64,000 nt of DNA, taken from Candidatus Ozemobacteraceae bacterium (GTDB lineage Bacteria; Muiribacteriota; Ozemobacteria; Ozemobacterales; Ozemobacteraceae). The notes below the pieces were generated by a model. It had not been told where the DNA came from. It searched no databases and saw only the letters and a list, made by a program, of their open reading frames with translations. The stretch covers positions 4,320,001 to 4,384,000 of the forward strand of contig OZ223236.1 of the NCBI GenBank assembly GCA_965140445.1, written 5' to 3'. This document shows positions 9,724-19,754 of this stretch, piece by piece (the first letter of the stretch is position 1; each line of letters begins with the position of its first letter). Made by a program: the position numbers and the translations under genes.

Positions 9724-11033
9724 CAAATTTTCCATTCTCAGAATATGAAAGTCTTTTAAACACTGCCGACCCAATCAGGGTTAATGGCAGAGTCACCCAG
9801 GTTGTTGGATTATTGGTAGAAGCTACCGGACCACAAAATCCGGTTGGCGACGTTTGTAATATAATCACCCCGCAAGGACCATTGCCCTGCGAGATCGTTG
9901 GTTTCCGGCGTGGAAGCGTTCTTCTAATGCCGCTAATCCACACAGATGGCATTCGTCAGGGCAGCGAAGTTGTCCCAACCGGCATGCCATTGACAGCACC
10001 AGCTGGCGAAGAACTTCTGGGTAGATTGCTTGACGGCCTTGGCCACCCAATTGATGATAAAGGGGAGCTCCCTTCCACTGTCACAAGAGTCCCAATCAAT
10101 AGAGAACCACCCAATGCATTTACGCGAAAGAGAATTCTTGAGCCGATGCCAACCGGCATTAAAGTTATTGATGGGCTATTGACCATAGGCGGTGGCCAAA
10201 GAATGGGGATTTTCGCAGGCTCTGGTGTGGGAAAATCAACTCTCATGGGAATGATGTGTCGCTCATCTCAGGCAGATGTAAACGTTATAGCCCTGGTTGG
10301 AGAGCGCGGAAGAGAAGTTCGTGAGTTCCTGGAAAAAGACCTTGGCCCGGAAGGAATGAAACGCTCAATAATCGTAGTTGCGACTTCCGACCGCCCCGCT
10401 CTGGTTCGTGTAAAAGCAGCTTTTACCGCAACAGCAATTGCAGAATACTTTAGAGATAAGGGCAAAGATGTAATGCTGATGATGGACTCGGTCACCAGGT
10501 TTGCATTAGCACAAAGGGAAATCGGATTAGCAGTAGGCGAACCTCCAACCACCCGCGGTTACACGCCATCTGTTTTTTCACTGTTACCAAAACTTCTAGA
10601 AAGAGCTGGTACCGCAAGAAAAGGTTCAATAACCGGTATCTATACCGTTCTTGTTGAAGGGGGCGACATGGACGAGCCTGTTGCCGATGCGGTTAGAGGT
10701 ATTCTCGACGGACATCTACTTTTAAGCAGAGAATTGGCTCACCACAATATTTACCCTGCGGTCGACATCCTTGGAAGCATTTCTCGACTAATGCCTGAAA
10801 TAACTGATAAAAAGCATTATGACACAGCGGGAAAAATCAGAAACCTCTATTCCACTTATGCAAAAAATGCTGACGCGATCAGCCTTGGCGCTTACAAAGC
10901 CGGATCTGATCCGCGCATTGATGAAGCAATAAAGAAACAGCCACTAATCGAAGAATTTATAAAACAAGGCATCGGCGATGCTCATGGCTTTGAAGAAAGC
11001 CTTCAGACAATGCAAAGTATCTTGAGCGCTTAA
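9720..11033 (+). CDS. fliI: Flagellar export ATPase FliI
   Basis: GIFAGSGVGKST, GERGREV, MDSVTRFA, GEPPTTRGY. Confidence 0.97.
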   Translation: MTNFPFSEYESLLNTADPIRVNGRVTQVVGLLVEATGPQNPVGDVCNIITPQGPLPCEIVGFRRGSVLLMPLIHTDGIRQGSEVVPTGMPLTAPAGEELLGRLLDGLGHPIDDKGELPSTVTRVPINREPPNAFTRKRILEPMPTGIKVIDGLLTIGGGQRMGIFAGSGVGKSTLMGMMCRSSQADVNVIALVGERGREVREFLEKDLGPEGMKRSIIVVATSDRPALVRVKAAFTATAIAEYFRDKGKDVMLMMDSVTRFALAQREIGLAVGEPPTTRGYTPSVFSLLPKLLERAGTARKGSITGIYTVLVEGGDMDEPVADAVRGILDGHLLLSRELAHHNIYPAVDILGSISRLMPEITDKKHYDTAGKIRNLYSTYAKNADAISLGAYKAGSDPRIDEAIKKQPLIEEFIKQGIGDAHGFEESLQTMQSILSA

Positions 11034-11043
11034 GGATTTTTAA

Positions 11044-11496
11044 ATGGCTTTTGTTTTTAGATTTCAACAACTATTGCAGATTTGCATACATGAAGAAAAT
11101 GAAGTAAAAAATAAATTAGCCAAAAAAGACTCTCAAATTGCTGAAGCAAACGCGGAAATAAAAAAATTAAAAGATGATTATGAAGCTGCTTTACAGTCTA
11201 AGATGCTTGATCTCCAAAGGGGAGACATGACAAAGGTTCAAATGTATCCAGCCTACCTGGCTCGGTTACAAAAATCCTGGGAGTTCCAGGAAGAAGAACT
11301 GGAAAGACTCTTCAAGCAAAGAGAAAAAATAATGGAAGAACTTATCGAGAAGCGCAAAAATCGAAATACCTACGAAAAAATGCGTGAAAAAGACCAGGCC
11401 GTTTTTAAGAAAGAGCAGCTTAAAAAAGAACAAAAACGTCTGGATGAGTTTGGAAACAGAAAAAACATGGTAAAGGAGCTATTGGACGATGCTTGA
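11044..11496 (+). CDS. fliJ: Flagellar export chaperone FliJ
   Basis: MAFVFRFQQLL start, coiled coil, EQKRLDE end; follows fliI. Confidence 0.88.
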   Translation: MAFVFRFQQLLQICIHEENEVKNKLAKKDSQIAEANAEIKKLKDDYEAALQSKMLDLQRGDMTKVQMYPAYLARLQKSWEFQEEELERLFKQREKIMEELIEKRKNRNTYEKMREKDQAVFKKEQLKKEQKRLDEFGNRKNMVKELLDDA

Positions 11497-12073
11497 GAAT
11501 ATGCACCGAATAATGGAAAAAATGGACGCTATCTCCAAAAGCTTTAGCGGCATGTCTCGCCGACATGTGAAACGTGAAAATCAGAACTTCAAAACAGCTT
11601 TAAATGAAATTACTAAAGCAGACTTGAGTTCCCATCCAATAAGTCCACTAGAAAGCACCGCTGAGCCAAAAACTATTTCAACAGAAGATTTGCAAAACCT
11701 TATTAATAAACATGCAACCGAAAAAGGAATTAAACCGGAACTGGTTCAAAAGCTTATAGATGTAGCCTCAGGAAGAGACCCAGAGTCAGTTGGAAACGAT
11801 GGTCAACTCGGCCTGATGCAGCTTAAACCGGAAATTTTTAGACAGTTTGGTTACACGGACCCCTTTGACCCTGATCAGAATATTTCAGCAGGAACCCAGC
11901 ATCTTTCAGAAATGTTAAAGAGAAATGGTGGCAATACAACGCTTGCCCTTGCTGCATATAGTTCAGACCCTGCAACAGTTAAAAGATTTGGTGGAATCCC
12001 GCCATTTCCTGAAACACAGAATTTTGTAGGGCAAATTTTAAGTGGTTTGAGTAAACCAAAAAGTGACGATTAA
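11489..12073 (+). CDS. Lytic transglycosylase (SLT) family protein with degenerate catalytic motif
   Basis: GLMQL, DPFDPDQNISAG, LALAAY and GGIPPFPETQNFV present; ES motif reads AS. Confidence 0.85.
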   Translation: MLENMHRIMEKMDAISKSFSGMSRRHVKRENQNFKTALNEITKADLSSHPISPLESTAEPKTISTEDLQNLINKHATEKGIKPELVQKLIDVASGRDPESVGNDGQLGLMQLKPEIFRQFGYTDPFDPDQNISAGTQHLSEMLKRNGGNTTLALAAYSSDPATVKRFGGIPPFPETQNFVGQILSGLSKPKSDD

Positions 12074-12084
12074 GGAAGCTGAAA

Positions 12085-13008
12085 ATGGCGGAAAATGACG
12101 AATTAAATGAAAAACAAAATCCAGAAGGCATAGAGGAATCCCAGGAAGAACTGGAATTACCTGAGGGAGAAGAACCGCCCCCGCCCAAAAAGGAAGCATC
12201 CGGGCTTTATAAAGCGGTTAGTCGGATTTTCTTTCTTTTCCTGCTTGGTTCATTAGGAGTAGCAACCTTTCTTTCGTTACTAACCCTGGATTTTCTTGAT
12301 ATTTATCAATTTAGATACAATATTCCTGAGCCATGGAGAAAGCAGTGGCCACTAAACGCCTACTATGACTTCGTTCAGCTGCATCAGCTCCCGGAAGAAG
12401 AACGTTATCAACAGCTAATTATAAAAGAACAGCAAAGATATGACCGAATCATAACCCAAGGCAGCAAAGAGCTGGAAGAAAGATCCAGAGCCCTGGAAGA
12501 ATCCTATAAAAACCTTATTAGAAGTCAAAAAGAACGCTATAACTCATCCATGGAAGAACTTAGAAAACAGCAGGAAGATTTCCTTAAAGAAAAAAAGGAA
12601 TTTGAGGAAACCTCTAAAGACCTGGATGTTAGAAAAGAAGCTATCGATGAGCTTTCAAAGCAACTTGCTTCAGAAGCTTTAAACGTAGAATCGAGTTTGA
12701 TTAAATTCATGGAAGAAGAAAATAAAATGAAACAGGTTCAAACTATCGCTGAAGCCATGGATTCAAGATCATTAGCCACCATTTTTGACGAAGTAACTGA
12801 TGATCAGCTTATCTACGACATTATTCGTGGATTAACTCCAATCCAGGCTGGAAAAGTCCTTTCAACAATGGACCCGGAAAAAGCAGGAAAAATCATGAAG
12901 CTTGGCCAAAACCAGATTAAGCTTCCACCACCAGGTGGACCATCCAGGTCTTATATTCCTCCAAGCTTACAGGGACTTATCGCATCTAGTCAGGCACAGC
13001 TAAGATAG
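12085..13008 (+). CDS. MotE/YlxF/FlbB-like flagellar protein (TM + coiled coil + MgtE-N-like C-terminus)
   Basis: One TM segment, long coiled coil, C-terminal EAMDS...AGKVLSTMDPEKAGKI; position after fliJ. Confidence 0.7.
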   Translation: MAENDELNEKQNPEGIEESQEELELPEGEEPPPPKKEASGLYKAVSRIFFLFLLGSLGVATFLSLLTLDFLDIYQFRYNIPEPWRKQWPLNAYYDFVQLHQLPEEERYQQLIIKEQQRYDRIITQGSKELEERSRALEESYKNLIRSQKERYNSSMEELRKQQEDFLKEKKEFEETSKDLDVRKEAIDELSKQLASEALNVESSLIKFMEEENKMKQVQTIAEAMDSRSLATIFDEVTDDQLIYDIIRGLTPIQAGKVLSTMDPEKAGKIMKLGQNQIKLPPPGGPSRSYIPPSLQGLIASSQAQLR

Positions 13009-13053
13009 AAATCAACCTTCTTAAATGAAAGCATTTTTTTAGCAAATTGCCGA

Positions 13054-15663
13054 TCAGACAATTTCAAAAGTTGGATTAAACAATTCACCAGCGGCCAGAT
13101 AAGGAAAGAAAGCATAAATCCTTTCCCCGTTTTGAACCAATTCTTCTTCTGGTTCAATATCAGAGTTAACAATCTTTAAATTTTCAGGCAAAATAACCAA
13201 GAAAGCCTCTCTTCTGCATGTTGGAAAAGCTTTATCCGGAAACTGGAGACAGGTCTTTCCATTTTTACCAATAAGCTCGAAATCCGCTAATTTACAATGC
13301 ATATGAATGCTTTGATTAGGTTTCCAACCCTCTACCAATCTGACAGAGGCAACCCCGCCTTTCACAGGCCCATCCGATTTGTAAAATTCAAATGGAAGAA
13401 TATTGCCCGCCTGGTCAATAAATGGAGACTCGGGAAACTCCGGAAGCCAAACCTGGGTTATAACTTCCTCGCCATCGAAAAGATTGAAATTACTGTAAAT
13501 GCAGTGATGACCGACTTTTCCGGATTTACTCACCTCAAAGATAGAAGTGCACCCTGGATTTCCAATGGTATAAGCCCGGATATCAATAGAATCATAGCTC
13601 ACTTTTATGGCGTATTTTATTGCAACCTTTCGCCAGGCTTTGTTACTGAGCTCATCTTCAATACCATCTAACAGTTCACTTTCAATAATCTTTAATGCCT
13701 GATCATTTGATAAATATCCTGGGATTTCTTTCAGACGTCTTGCCTGCTCCAGATGACGCTTTGCAACTTCTGAATATCCCATCAGCTCTTTAATTCTATA
13801 AAGACAATAGTACCCCGTAGCACGTAACCCAATGTCTCCGGGCATACCAACAGCTTTTCGGAAAATCTCGTAAGCCTCATCAAACTTTCCGCTACAAGAT
13901 TGGACTCTCGCCAGATAAAAAAGCATAAGCATATTTTGAGGGTCCTTGCTTACTGCGTGCTTAACCTCTCTTTCAGCTTCTTCAAATTTCCCGCTTATTA
14001 AAAGAGTCTGGATACTTTTCAAATGAAGATTGTTATAATCTGGATATTTTAAAATCCTGTCTTTTAGAATGTTTTGGGCATTTTCGAAATCCATAATCGA
14101 AAAATAGCATTCGCTCTGCGCAACTGCCAGAATATTATTATCTGGAAGCTTTCCGGCCATGTTTTTGCCGACTTTTACCGCACTGGAATAGTCTCCAACA
14201 GCTTCCAAACTAAAAAACAACGCAAACTGAAAATCAATATCATCTGGAAAGGCTTCCTGCAACCTTATTGCACGTTGTCTTCCTTCTTCGTAGTTACGTG
14301 TCCAGAACAAATCCCTTATTAACAGATACTTTTCCTTATCCTGTCTGGAAGACTTATCCAGCAACTTTTCAGAAGAATCCAGATACTCTTTAATTTCTGA
14401 ATGATGACCGATTGCATTCAGGGCAAAACTTAGCATAAAAAGAATATCAGCGCTTGAAGGATCAAGTTTATAGGCTTGTTTTAAGGCGTCAATAGCTTCA
14501 ATCACTGAAAAGTTAATGTAAAACTTTTGTCTGGCTTCTTTTAAGAATTTTCTGGCAGCTTGCTTTGATGAATCAACGGGTCTGTTTGAACCTTGAGATT
14601 CTTCCTTTTGGTTCTCCACATCAGGTTTTCGAACCAAAGAAGGCTGTTTTCCTTCTTTTAAAAACCAACCTTTAAGCATCTCCTTAAAACCAGAAAACCA
14701 TGTTCCTGATTGAGAAAGCCGATTCAATGCTCCTGCCAGCTCATTTCCATCTCTAAAACGTTTTCCAGGGTCTTTTTCGAGACACTTTAAAACGATCTCT
14801 TCAAGTTCCGGAGAAATATGAGGGTTTAAAACTCTTGGAGAGACTGGCGATCCCTGAGAAATACTAGAAACTATAGCTGCAGGGTCTTCCTCTGAAATTG
14901 GGTGAGCCAGTGTTAAAAGCTCATAAAAAACAACGCCGAGGCAGTAAATATCCGTGCGGGCTGAAATATTGCCCCTTCTTCCCATAAGCTGCTCTGGGGC
15001 TGCGTAAGAAAGAGTTCCCATGAAATGATCTGTCTGGGTTAAATCAAGATTGCCCCGCTGCTTAACAAGTCCGAAATCAATAAGTTTTATTTTTTGATCA
15101 TCAACAATAAGAATATTGGAAGACTTTATATCTCTATGAACAATTTCATGGGCATGAGCATCACCAAGCGCTAATGCTGCTGAAGTCATCAATTTTCGAA
15201 CCAGAAATGGATATTCAGGATTCTTGACCGGGTTGATAATCGGGTCGGAAAGAAAAAACGGCGTTTCCGGCTTAGACTCACGTATATAGCCGGACGACAT
15301 GAGCTCATCTGGTGACATCCCGGACTGGTGTATAGCTTTGCATCGAGTCACAAATTCTTTTATCGAGCAACCTTCGATATAATCCATCACAAAAAATGGC
15401 CTACTCTCGAATTCGCCATAACTGAAAACTCTCAGAATCCCTGGGTGATCAAGGCTTGCGATTGCTGCCGCCTCTCTCAAAAACCTTGCTCTACCGACCT
15501 CATCTTCTGAGGAAGTATGCATAACTTTAACAGCAACAAGGCGCTCAAGATTTTGGTCTATCGCCTTATAAACGGTCCCCATTCCTCCAGAACCAATCTC
15601 TGAAATGATTTTACATCCATTTAGAATGGTGCCCTCTGGAATTGTTGTATTGAGATTTTTCAT
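13054..15663 (-). CDS. Hanks-type Ser/Thr protein kinase with TPR repeats
   Basis: GSGGMGTVY, VAVK, HRDIKSSN, DFG, APE; TPR-like helical repeats; no TM segment seen. Confidence 0.92.
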   Translation of the reverse strand: MKNLNTTIPEGTILNGCKIISEIGSGGMGTVYKAIDQNLERLVAVKVMHTSSEDEVGRARFLREAAAIASLDHPGILRVFSYGEFESRPFFVMDYIEGCSIKEFVTRCKAIHQSGMSPDELMSSGYIRESKPETPFFLSDPIINPVKNPEYPFLVRKLMTSAALALGDAHAHEIVHRDIKSSNILIVDDQKIKLIDFGLVKQRGNLDLTQTDHFMGTLSYAAPEQLMGRRGNISARTDIYCLGVVFYELLTLAHPISEEDPAAIVSSISQGSPVSPRVLNPHISPELEEIVLKCLEKDPGKRFRDGNELAGALNRLSQSGTWFSGFKEMLKGWFLKEGKQPSLVRKPDVENQKEESQGSNRPVDSSKQAARKFLKEARQKFYINFSVIEAIDALKQAYKLDPSSADILFMLSFALNAIGHHSEIKEYLDSSEKLLDKSSRQDKEKYLLIRDLFWTRNYEEGRQRAIRLQEAFPDDIDFQFALFFSLEAVGDYSSAVKVGKNMAGKLPDNNILAVAQSECYFSIMDFENAQNILKDRILKYPDYNNLHLKSIQTLLISGKFEEAEREVKHAVSKDPQNMLMLFYLARVQSCSGKFDEAYEIFRKAVGMPGDIGLRATGYYCLYRIKELMGYSEVAKRHLEQARRLKEIPGYLSNDQALKIIESELLDGIEDELSNKAWRKVAIKYAIKVSYDSIDIRAYTIGNPGCTSIFEVSKSGKVGHHCIYSNFNLFDGEEVITQVWLPEFPESPFIDQAGNILPFEFYKSDGPVKGGVASVRLVEGWKPNQSIHMHCKLADFELIGKNGKTCLQFPDKAFPTCRREAFLVILPENLKIVNSDIEPEEELVQNGERIYAFFPYLAAGELFNPTFEIV

Positions 15664-15826
15664 GGTGATAATCTAATATGCGATCGAACCAAGGTCAAGC
15701 ATAAGCCCGAAGCATTACTAATTTAAACAAAATTGAGACCCGGTTTTGGGAATAAAAAATCTTTGGGGCTTCAAATTATTCACAGAATTTGATAGGCTAT
15801 AGGCACTTAAGTTGTAAGGAAACAAA

Positions 15827-16099
15827 ATGTCTGACAAAAAACTTACTGAAATGCCAAATATTGGCAAAGAGCTCGAAAAAAAGCTGATCGAAATTGGCAT
15901 AGATTCTTCAGATGACCTGATAAAATCTGGAAGCATCAGTGCCTGGTTGAAAATTCGAGGGAAACACCCAACAGCTTGTTTAAATACACTCTATGCACTG
16001 GAAGGCGCCATTGCCGGAGTCAAGTGGCAGGAACTCCCCGAAGATAGAAAAAGACGCATGAAGGTCGTTTTTGAAACCTACGAAAAGCAGAATAACTAG
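15827..16099 (+). CDS. TfoX/Sxy C-terminal domain protein
   Basis: LTEMPNIGKELEKKL...LYALEGAI..W. Confidence 0.85.
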   Translation: MSDKKLTEMPNIGKELEKKLIEIGIDSSDDLIKSGSISAWLKIRGKHPTACLNTLYALEGAIAGVKWQELPEDRKRRMKVVFETYEKQNN

Positions 16100-16153
16100 C
16101 AATTAGTTAGCTAATAGACTGATTTTTAAGCTTTGAACCTTGATGGAGGAATC

Positions 16154-16420
16154 ATGATCCACATTGAAAAACCAACTCAGGACAAACTTGAAAAACTAAA
16201 AGTAGAAACCTGGCCAATCTGGGAAAAAGAAGTTTCACAATTTCCCTGGACTTATTCAGATAAAGAATCTTGCTTTATTCTTGAAGGAGAAGTCATTGTA
16301 ACGCCAGAAAATGGAAACCCTGTTAAGATTGAAGCTGGTGATTTTGTTATTTTTCCCGCCGGAATGAACTGTCATTGGGATATTAAAAAAGCCATTAAAA
16401 AGCATTACGAATTCGGTTAA
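16154..16420 (+). CDS. Cupin_3 (DUF861/EutQ-like) protein
   Basis: WPIWEKEVSQFPWTY..E.C.ILEGEV...GDFVIFPAG; ATG 16154 after GGAGG. Confidence 0.88.
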   Translation: MIHIEKPTQDKLEKLKVETWPIWEKEVSQFPWTYSDKESCFILEGEVIVTPENGNPVKIEAGDFVIFPAGMNCHWDIKKAIKKHYEFG

Positions 16421-16423
16421 GCA

Positions 16424-18478
16424 ATGAAAAAACCATTCTTTTCCATCTATTCCCATGGAATCATTCGCACTGCTGTTGCTATTCCCGAGACTTCATTGTC
16501 AAACCCTTCAGAGAATGTAAAAAGCCACATTCAACTTGCAAAAAAAGCCTCTGAGAGCTTTTCAGCACTGGTTATCTTCCCCGAACTTGGGATCAGTGGC
16601 TACTCCAATGAAGATCTTTTTCATCAGAAAACTCTTATAGATTCTTCAATGGATTCATTTCTAGAGCTCGTTAGAGCCAGCGAAGAATTGTTTTCAATAA
16701 TTGTTGCCGGATTACCAATTGAGGTAGATGGGCTTTTGTTCAACTGTGCGGCAGTTGTTTTCAAGGGAAAAGTTCTCGGGATTGTGCCCAAAACATTTTT
16801 ACCCAATCATCGGGAATTTTATGAAAAACGTCAGTTTGCAGCTGCAAAACAAAATTTAGCCAAAGAGATTTTGATAGATAAACAAATGGTTCCATTTGGG
16901 ACCGATTTAATTTTTGCTTGTGAAAACCTGCCCGCTTTTAAATTTGGCATAGAAATCTGTGAAGATTTATGGGCTCCAATATCTCCTGGAACATTTGCCA
17001 GTATGGCTGGAGCAACTATCATTGCCAATCTTTCAGCGAGCAATATAGTAATCGGAAAATCAGATTACAGAAGGCTGCTTGCCAAAGCAAATTCAGCTAA
17101 ATGTCTCTCAGGTTATTTATATTCAGCAGCTGGCAATGGGGAATCCACCACCGATCTTGCATGGGATGGACAAGGGCTGATTGTTGAAAACGGGAAAATT
17201 CTCGCCGAAACAGAAAGATTTGCCTCCTCCAGCAAACTAATCATGGCTGACATTGATGTGGATATGCTTCATCAGGAAAGAATGAGAACCACCAATTTCA
17301 GAGATTCAATTGCCCTGCACAAAGATAATCTATCGAATTTTCGTCGTATTAAATTTAATTTGCAGAATCTACCAGATAAGAATCTCGAACTAATTTCTAC
17401 AAAGGATCGCTTTCCTTTTATCCCCAACGAAAAAGAAGCTCGTGCCCAACGCTGTATGGAATCATACAACATTCAGGTTCATGGCCTGGTTCAGCGTCTT
17501 AAAAGCAGCCATATCAATAAAATTGTCATTGGTGTTTCAGGCGGTTTAGATTCTACTCAAGCTCTTTTGGTCGCCTGCAAAGCTATAGATCTTCTAGGTT
17601 TAAGCCGAAAAAATATTCTCGCTTATACAATGCCAGGTTTTGCAACTTCAGATTTGACCAAATCAAACGCTTTCAGTTTAATGGATTGCCTCGGGGTAAC
17701 CAGCAGAGAAATAGATATAAAACCTGCATGCATGCAAGTTTTCAAAGAATTGGACCACCCCTTCTCCAGAGGTGAAGAGATTTACGACATTACTTTTGAA
17801 AATGTTCAGGCCGGGGAAAGAACTTCTTTTCTGTTCAGGCTTGCAAACATGCATAAAGCAATTGTCCTGGGCACAGGTGATCTAAGTGAGCTCGCCCTTG
17901 GCTGGTGTACTTACGGGGTTGGCGACCACATGTCCCACTACAATGTAAACGCATCTGTCCCCAAGACCCTTATACAGTATTTAATTCGATGGGTTGCTGA
18001 AACGCAGGCCTTCGGAAAAGAGGCGGCAAAAATACTGTTATCTGTTCTTTCCACGGAAATTTCTCCGGAGTTGATTCCCGGGAGAAGCAATACTGATCCG
18101 CAGCAAAAAACAGAACAATCAGTAGGTCCGTATGAGCTACAGGATTTTAACCTTTACTACATCACCCGCTATGGGTTTAAACCCTCAAAAGTAGCGTTTT
18201 TAGCCCATTCGGCCTGGAGCAATATTAATAATGGCGATTGGCCTGAAGATATTGCAGTAGAAAAAAGAAATGCTTACCCAATTTCAGAAATAAAAAAATG
18301 GTTGGAAGTATTTTTAAAAAGATTCTTTGGACAAACCCAGTTCAAGAGGAGTTGCGTTCCAAATGGGCCAAAAGTTGGTTCAGGTGGATCACTTTCACCG
18401 CGTGGTGATTGGCGCGCCCCCAGCGACTCTCAGCCAGACGCATGGCTAAAAGAGCTTTCAGAAAACGTTCCTTTCTAG
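16424..18478 (+). CDS. nadE: Glutamine-dependent NAD+ synthetase
   Basis: Nitrilase domain (FPEL, PK, EICEDLW) plus [35 protein letters not shown]. Confidence 0.96.
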   Translation: MKKPFFSIYSHGIIRTAVAIPETSLSNPSENVKSHIQLAKKASESFSALVIFPELGISGYSNEDLFHQKTLIDSSMDSFLELVRASEELFSIIVAGLPIEVDGLLFNCAAVVFKGKVLGIVPKTFLPNHREFYEKRQFAAAKQNLAKEILIDKQMVPFGTDLIFACENLPAFKFGIEICEDLWAPISPGTFASMAGATIIANLSASNIVIGKSDYRRLLAKANSAKCLSGYLYSAAGNGESTTDLAWDGQGLIVENGKILAETERFASSSKLIMADIDVDMLHQERMRTTNFRDSIALHKDNLSNFRRIKFNLQNLPDKNLELISTKDRFPFIPNEKEARAQRCMESYNIQVHGLVQRLKSSHINKIVIGVSGGLDSTQALLVACKAIDLLGLSRKNILAYTMPGFATSDLTKSNAFSLMDCLGVTSREIDIKPACMQVFKELDHPFSRGEEIYDITFENVQAGERTSFLFRLANMHKAIVLGTGDLSELALGWCTYGVGDHMSHYNVNASVPKTLIQYLIRWVAETQAFGKEAAKILLSVLSTEISPELIPGRSNTDPQQKTEQSVGPYELQDFNLYYITRYGFKPSKVAFLAHSAWSNINNGDWPEDIAVEKRNAYPISEIKKWLEVFLKRFFGQTQFKRSCVPNGPKVGSGGSLSPRGDWRAPSDSQPDAWLKELSENVPF

Positions 18479-18684
18479 TTTAAACTAGTATTAAAAATTT
18501 CTTGCCAAAGTTGATTTTTTTTAAGATACTTAGGGTACAGGATAAAAAAAGAGAGGATACTTCGGCCAACCAAAAACTATAAATCTGGCTGAAAATTCCC
18601 ACTTATAAAATTTGGATCCAATCTGGTCTGTCAGCTTTTGTCTGTCAGATTGGTTTAGGTCATAACCCAACAATATCCCTATTC

Positions 18685-18718
18685 GGCCTCTCCAGGTAAC
18701 CGGAGAGGTTATTTTTTT
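18685..18718 (+). terminator. Intrinsic terminator ending a structured intergenic region
   Basis: CCTCTCC(18687-18693)/GGAGAGG(18702-18708) stem followed by a T-rich run. Confidence 0.65.
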
Positions 18719-18829
18719 GTCAGATTTCCGAAATAGAGCCTCAAGTAATTTTTTTTTACTTTGCGGTTGGATATTCAACTAAAAATAGGCTTATAATTTT
18801 ATTAGTTTAATTCCAAAGTTGAGTTCAAC

Positions 18830-19546
18830 ATGAAATTAGTATTTTTGAAAAACCTGACCTTGTTATCTTTGTTTTTCGCTTTAAATACAAACCTTGCTTT
18901 CGGAGAAACACCTTATAAGGAGTACAAAATGAAATCGACAATTAAGTGGCTGGGCCACTCTTCAGTTATGGTAAAAAATGAAAAACAGGTAATTATCGAT
19001 CCATGGAAGCTATCTTCTTCATATGAAGCCGATTTAGTTCTAATCACGCATTCCCACTTTGACCATCTAAGCGTTGAAGATATCAAAAAGTCCATTAAAA
19101 AAGGTGGTAAAATTCTTGCGCCAAAGGATTGCCTTAAGGAGCTTGAAGGCTACGATTTTATAGCAGTTAAACCAAATCAGAAAATAGAGCTGGAAGGTGT
19201 CACCATTGAAACCGTCCCGGCATATAACCCTGAAAAAGAGTTTCATCCAAAGGCTAACAATTGGGTTGGCTACATCATTAGGTTTCCAGATGAATCGGTT
19301 TACATTGCCGGCGACACTGATCTGATTCCCGAAATGAAGGATGTAAAGACTGATGTGGCAATACTGCCAATAGGTGGAACGTACACAATGGATAAGGATT
19401 CTGCCAACGAAGCTCTCAAATTGATTAAACCGAAAGCCGTAATCCCAATTCATTATGGCGATATTGTTGGTAATTCAACAGATGGCGAAGAATTTTCCAA
19501 ACTGGTAAAAGATGTAAAAGTAGTTATTTTAAAACCTGAAAAATAA
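18830..19546 (+). CDS. Metallo-beta-lactamase-fold hydrolase (UlaG/YtkL-like)
   Basis: WLGHSS, IDPW, THSHFDH, YIAGDT, LPIGG.YTM, IPIHY. Alternative start ATG 18929 after AAGGAG. Confidence 0.9.
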   Translation: MKLVFLKNLTLLSLFFALNTNLAFGETPYKEYKMKSTIKWLGHSSVMVKNEKQVIIDPWKLSSSYEADLVLITHSHFDHLSVEDIKKSIKKGGKILAPKDCLKELEGYDFIAVKPNQKIELEGVTIETVPAYNPEKEFHPKANNWVGYIIRFPDESVYIAGDTDLIPEMKDVKTDVAILPIGGTYTMDKDSANEALKLIKPKAVIPIHYGDIVGNSTDGEEFSKLVKDVKVVILKPEK

Positions 19547-19580
19547 CTGCTTTCAAAAAAACTTTCCAGATAAATCCAAC

Positions 19581-19618
19581 AAAAAAACAGCTCTGATTTT
19601 TTATCAGAGCTGTTTTTT
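19581..19618. terminator. Bidirectional intrinsic terminator
   Basis: A7-CAGCTCTGAT-loop-ATCAGAGCTG-T6 between convergent genes. Confidence 0.85.
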
Positions 19619-19742
19619 ATATTTAGTTTTTTGTATTTAGTTTTCTGTATTTAGTTTTCTGTATTTAGTTTTCTGTATTTAGTTTTCTGTATTTAGTTTT
19701 CTGTATTTAGTTTTCTGTATTTAGTTTTCTGTATTTAGTTTT
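19618..19742. repeat. 14-bp tandem repeat (TGTATTTAGTTTTC), 7 perfect copies plus 2 imperfect copies
   Basis: Perfect copies 19632-19729, flanked by degenerate or partial units. Confidence 0.97.
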
Positions 19743-19754
19743 GTATCTTTTTTG

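Noticed and set aside
13022..13056. sigma28 promoter after the motE-like gene (GCCGATCA)
   Set aside because: TAAA is at the wrong spacing and no + strand gene follows
18655..18670. Minus-strand GGGT-TATG-ACCT hairpin resembling the 44.7-kb array motif
   Set aside because: Single short stem that could arise by chance
18550..18710. Glycine or lysine riboswitch
   Set aside because: Only short superficial matches (AGAGAGGAUA, CUCUCCAGG); core motifs are absent
19618..19742. CRISPR array
   Set aside because: 14-bp units are contiguous with no spacers, and no cas genes are present
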